DNA of 64,000 bases from the human T2T-CHM13v2.0 reference genome, Homo sapiens. Positions 59,062-64,000 of this stretch are shown here, piece after piece. Numbering within the stretch: the first letter of the stretch is position 1; each line of letters starts with the position of its first letter. Made by a program: the position numbers and the translations under genes. The DNA is taken from the NCBI RefSeq assembly GCF_009914755.1, contig NC_060930.1. The stretch is one strand, 5' to 3'. The notes beneath the pieces were generated by a model. That model did not search any database, was not told where the DNA came from, and saw nothing but the letters and a program-made list of their open reading frames with translations.

Positions 59062-61044
59062 TGAGTCTTCTATATTTTATAATTGCTGAATTAGGATAAG
59101 CAGGACCCACTTCTCATTCCTCTTCTCTATCTGCTTCTCAGGATTTGAATTCCCTTTTATTCTCTCCCTAAACGTAAGTTCCTTGTGATTTACTAGTTTG
59201 AATCACATGATCTCAGAATAAGTGAACTCCAGGCATCTCACAGTCATTATTTACTCTGATCTTCTTAACCAAAGAAGGCAGCTATTGTCCATTCTGTACT
59301 CAGAGTTACCACTGGTTCCACACAAGTCTTCCCCAAGAGGTATCACCTTAACTATGAGATATGAGATCTCTAACACCTCTTATCTTCATACTCTGGGTAC
59401 CACAGTTGTGTTTTGGAGCTAGAAGCTTCCTAATAGAGTGACTTAAGAAAAGCAAATACCCAAAAACTAAAGGAAAGACCTCAGGGGTGCTACTCCTATT
59501 CTTTTTCCTCTTATGAAAACCCATCTCCTCTTCAGAGAAAACAGAATTTGTAAACACAGTATGCAGAAGCTGTGAATTGCCTCCAAACATCTGTAATCCT
59601 TTTTAATGCATTAAAATCTTTTAACTATTTGTGCCATATTGTGCATTTTTTTAGTATAAACTGTTTTTCCCATTCAAATATTCAAATTGGAAGACTGTAT
59701 TAATTACCTAAATCTAAGGCTGGTGTGTTTTTTCCATATACAAGAGAGGTGAAAAATCTATTTCCTAACTTCCATGCAGGAGATTTTCTTGACATTCCAT
59801 TCAGAAGCCAGTTTCATAATTATATGCCAATCATTTTGATGAGAAATTTCATTATTTCTTCTTAAGAGATAATGTATATCAACATGTGAATTCAGATGAT
59901 ACACTTCAAAGAAGCAAAAATAAAATATTGGGGCAGTATTTTAAGTTGTTGTTATCCTTTTCTATAAGTTCAGAATAAAAGTATGTGACATAAAATTACA
60001 CACATTAGCAGAAACTTTAAAAATAATAAAAAGGAAGAAATATTCACAAAGTCAACCATTACATTAAAATTCATTTTTGCTGGGTTAGCTGAAAAGACCA
60101 TGAAAAAAATCCACCTGCCATTCAGTTTAATTTCTTGTGTTTAGAGCTCTACAGCATTCTGTGTAAAACTAATCAATAAAAAGGATTTATGAGACCTTGA
60201 AATAGAACAGTTGAAAGAAGGAAATTATAGTCAGTTTTAGTTATTAAAGATTTTTCACCACTAAATTTAGTATAAGGGAAACGTCATACATCTTTTTTAG
60301 CTTAAACAGGGCATTTATCAAGTACATGGATTGGGGAGACAATTGTGCTTAGACCTGCTGTAATGTGTCTTTATTTGTTGCTCACCATTTAATGTTGGCT
60401 ATATTGAAGTAGGCCCAAACAGAAGGGAAATGAGATTGGAAAAACTTGTTTTTAAAAAAAAAAACAACACACACAAAACAAGTAGCCACAGTGAGCCATC
60501 ACCTACATATAAAATTTTAAAAAAAGTATTTATAAATTCTGATTTAGTCCATGTTAAATTGCTTTGTTTGACAATATTTTTAAAAGAATGAAGGCAGGAC
60601 AAGGAAAGTAGAAGGCAAGGGAGAGAGGAAGTGAGGAGGAAAAGGAGGCAAAACCAACCAACACCTCAAATGGCTTTTCACTACTGTGAAATCAAAGTGC
60701 AGCCCTGATAATATTCAAAGACCAAGCCATTACTGATTTTCATTTATTTTCACTATCTTAATATTTGCAGGACGATGAGCATTTCTGAAAATAGTTATAC
60801 ATGGGCTGTGTAACATTGTTGCTTGGTGACAGTGAGTTTTGTGAGACTGCCCTGAAGCACTTGGGGACTGTGCATACTGCCTGGAGACTTTTACTTATAT
60901 AGATTTCTAAGCAGGGTAATGGGAGAAAATTTGAGAATTTAGCTTTTGTTTGATGTGTTACAAATGACAGATGGAAAATTGCAATATTTTGAAAAAACAA
61001 AAATGCAATGATGCACAGAACATAAGACTGCCATAATAATAATG

Positions 61045-61250
61045 GTACTTAGCGTTTATGCTGAGTTCTTCATCTACAGAGTACTTTACAAACAACTAAT
61101 GAAGCCTCGTAACACTCCTGAAAGGCAGGTAAGCATCATTACTGCCATTCTACAGATGGAGAAAATGAGGCATGGAGGTTGAATATCTTTGCCTAAGACT
61201 ACTGGGAATACATAGCAACACTTGAATTAAGGTTTAGGGATTCAGTCCTT
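61045..61250 (-). mobile_element. MIR/MIR3 SINE
   Basis: CCTCGTAACACTCCTGAAAGGCAGGTAAG..CCATTCTACAGATGGAGAAAATGAGGCATGGAGGTT. Confidence 0.8.
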
Positions 61251-61837
61251 TCTGCATAAAAGATCAGGGGACCAGCATTATTTGAATTAAAACAATGAAG
61301 GTTTAATACTAAATATTATCCCTTTTGAAAAGAAGATAAACTCATCATTCAGTTAACATTGATTTTCTTATAAATTGAAATTATACCTGCCTTCAGAAAA
61401 CAACAATAACCTGTTCCGAGTTTATTTCTCTCATTCATTCTCAGTCTCCACAATTATCCCCATAGAATGCCTTTACTGAATGATGAGATGATGAGGGGCT
61501 TTACAGTCAGTGTCATCTCAAAGCATTGAGATTCGCTTTTGCTTTATATTAAAGTTGCAAATCATATCAATAGGCTTCACTTCATATTATGACAAGCTTC
61601 TCATTTCTGATCAGTAATAATTGTTAGCAATTTCAAAATCCTATATTATGTGAGAAAAATGTAGATTTTATATCTTTCTGCTAGTTAACTCTCTCCATAA
61701 TTTTCCTCAATCCCAAAATTATTGCTCAAGATATAGAATGTTGCCAAAGAAATGATTCTCAGCCTGAAAGCAATGACCTGAGAGATTGTGTATTTTTGGA
61801 GGATTTGCTGCTTACCTTTAAAAGTCATGCAGTTTTT

Positions 61838-62092
61838 GTTTTAGTTTTGTTTGTTTGAGATAGGGTCTCACTCTGTGGCCCAGGCTGTAGTGCAGTGGCA
61901 CAATCTTGGCCCGCTTTAACCTCAGCCACCTGGGTTCAAGCGATTCTGGTGCCTCAGCCTCCTGAGTAGCTGGAACTACAGGTGCACACCACCACACCTG
62001 GCTAATTTTTTGTATTTTTGGTAGAAACAGGGTTTACTCTGTTGGCCAGGCTGGTCTCGAACTCTTGGCTTCAAGTGATCTGCCCGCCTTGG
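61838..62092 (-). mobile_element. Alu (old S/Jb-like), 5'-truncated by ~45 nt
   Basis: Antisense Alu. TSD CATGCAGTTTTT (61826-61837) / CATGCAGTTTCT (62093-62104) followed by AA. Confidence 0.96.
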
Positions 62093-62507
62093 CATGCAGT
62101 TTCTAACCAATGTTTTGCAGAGTTAGAAGCACAATGTGGAAAATAGCACAAATTTTAGGAAAATCTCCCCCCCCCCTTTTTTTTTCTCTTTGGAAGATCA
62201 ATGACCTTGTTTTCATGTGTAAATATTTGTAAATTCCCAGTCCTAGGATCTTACCAACTGAGGGGACAAGATTTGAAACAATAGTGAGCAGTTCACTTAA
62301 CACTATGGTATGAAAATATATAATTAAGTCATACTCTCACAAATGTTGAGGAAACATGAAAAGGAACAGAGATTGCTTTTTTTTTTGCTAATGTACTGAA
62401 AACACTATTTACCAAACTGATTTTGATTAGTACATGTGGCAAATATTTAAAGAATTTGATTCTAAAAATTATTCCCATAAACTTGTTTTTTAAAAAGTTC
62501 TCAACAA

Positions 62508-62628
62508 AGAAAATGTTCTAAACTTAGAATTTGGTGATGGTTGCACAACTCTGTGAATACAATACAACCTTTTAATTATACACTTTATGATGTAAATTTC
62601 ATGTTACAGGAATTATAACTCAGTAAAG

Positions 62629-62629
<1 letters not shown>
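62508..62629 (+). mobile_element. Old L1M 3' terminus
   Basis: AAATGTTCTAAA..GGTGATGGTTGCACAACTCTGTGAATA..TACACTTTA..GAATTATA.CTCAGTAAAG. Confidence 0.85.

Positions 62630-62630
<1 letters not shown>

Positions 62631-62694
<64 letters not shown>
62631..62694. repeat. Pure (TA)32
   Basis: 32 uninterrupted TA units. Confidence 0.98.
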
Positions 62695-62698
<4 letters not shown>

Positions 62699-63829
62699 TC
62701 AAGGTTCAGAAAATGGCATGCCACTCCCCCACCCCACCCCACCCCAACTTCAGTGCTAGTCTGCTTTAGCTCCAGGACCTATGCTCTATCTGTTCGGTAT
62801 ATATTCTTCAGAGGATTTGGAAGGAATTATTTTTTCTCTTCTCACTTTGTTTCTCTTGACTCTGCAGGAACCACTTGGGTGCCCAGCTGCTGTCCATTCT
62901 CTACACTTATCCCACCTGATGGAAGGCTGTTAAGAAAAACATCACTGCAATGCCTAATAAACAGACATGGGTCCCAGACCCAATAAGAGTGAAACCATCC
63001 CCCTATTTAAATGAAATTATGGCTGATGAGAAAGACAAATTAATTTCTCTGTCCCTAGTATTACACAAAACTTTGGATGCTGCCATTGTTACAATTTTAT
63101 TTTCCCCAGGAGCTCAGAGTCCCACCTTCATTCTTTTTGTTTAATGCTTAAGCTTGCCTGTCCACCTATGGAAGACTAGAATGAGCAAAGACCATGTATT
63201 CAATGATCTGTAAATCTAACAGGAAACAATATAATAAATATATTGTGTTTGCTAACCAAATCTGTGAATGATTAGATCGACTGGTTAATGATTAGATGGA
63301 TTAACACATCATTTCTATTTTCTCTCTCCTCCCCTACTTCTTGTTTTAATGATACCTTCCAAGTTTTATTTCTCCAAGCCTAACCCCTTACATAATACAA
63401 GAGGACAACAGTTTGCAAAATAAATATCTGTTGGCCCTAACTGGTAAATACTGAAATAGATTTCAAGTAATGTGAGTGTTTTTGAAACCACCTAAATCTG
63501 TAAGCCACCCTGCAAGGAACAAGGGTAGCAAAGTGAATAAGCCAGACATGTAAAAATAAAGATGACAAAATGGAAGGCAATTAATGCCTGTAATGGAGGT
63601 GGGGAAGGGGGGAATGACAAGTTAATAAGAAATTTATTTTTAAATGCTATCATCTGCCATAAAATATCCATGCTTATTTTAGAAAATATGTAAAATGTTT
63701 AAGAATTAAACATCTTTAAAAAAATCACATGAACTCATCACCCTGCAACAAAACACACACAGATGAGTGCACACACTTAAACACACATTAATTTTCAATT
63801 AGTATATAAAGTTAATATCCTGCTAAGTA

Positions 63830-64000
63830 CAAGATACTATATCATGAGCACTTTGTCTCGCCAATATTCTATGAAAACATAATTATTACAGAATATTCTG
63901 GAAAGTGAATATACCATGATTTATCCAGTCATTTCCCTATTAACACACATTTTGTGATTCCAATTTATCACTGCCACACAGTATTTTCTTAAATAACCTC
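63830..64000 (-). mobile_element. Ancient L1ME-like fragment
   Basis: GAATATACCATGATTTATCCAGTCATTTCCCTATT..ACATTTTGTGATTCCAATTT. Confidence 0.55.

Noticed and set aside
60771-60915. + strand TTTGCAG acceptor to GGTAATG donor
   Set aside because: Stops in all three frames.

Overview
AT-rich, CpG-poor primate (human-like) genomic DNA, intronic or intergenic. No intact host protein-coding ORF, RNA gene, CpG island or prokaryote-type system is supported. Every long ORF in the track comes from LINE-1 ORF1/ORF2 or Alu sequence. Repeats recognised by eye: a 5.3 kb L1PA3-like element with a twin-priming 5' inversion and 13-bp TSD (53.7-59.0 kb); 5'-truncated L1PA4-, L1PA13-16- and L1PB-like copies; ancient L1M, L2, MIR and CR1/L3 relics; four Alus with TSDs; MaLR (MLT1) and ERVL (LTR16) LTRs; MER20/hAT fossils; and several microsatellites and AT-only tracts. 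Subfamily names are recalled from consensus sequences and were not checked with RepeatMasker. The best leads outside repeats are a candidate 8-nt + strand microexon at 49033-49040, in a CpG-retaining non-repetitive block, and several enhancer-like blocks rich in homeodomain motifs (notably 30.25-31.1 kb). I found no evidence that establishes a new biological system.
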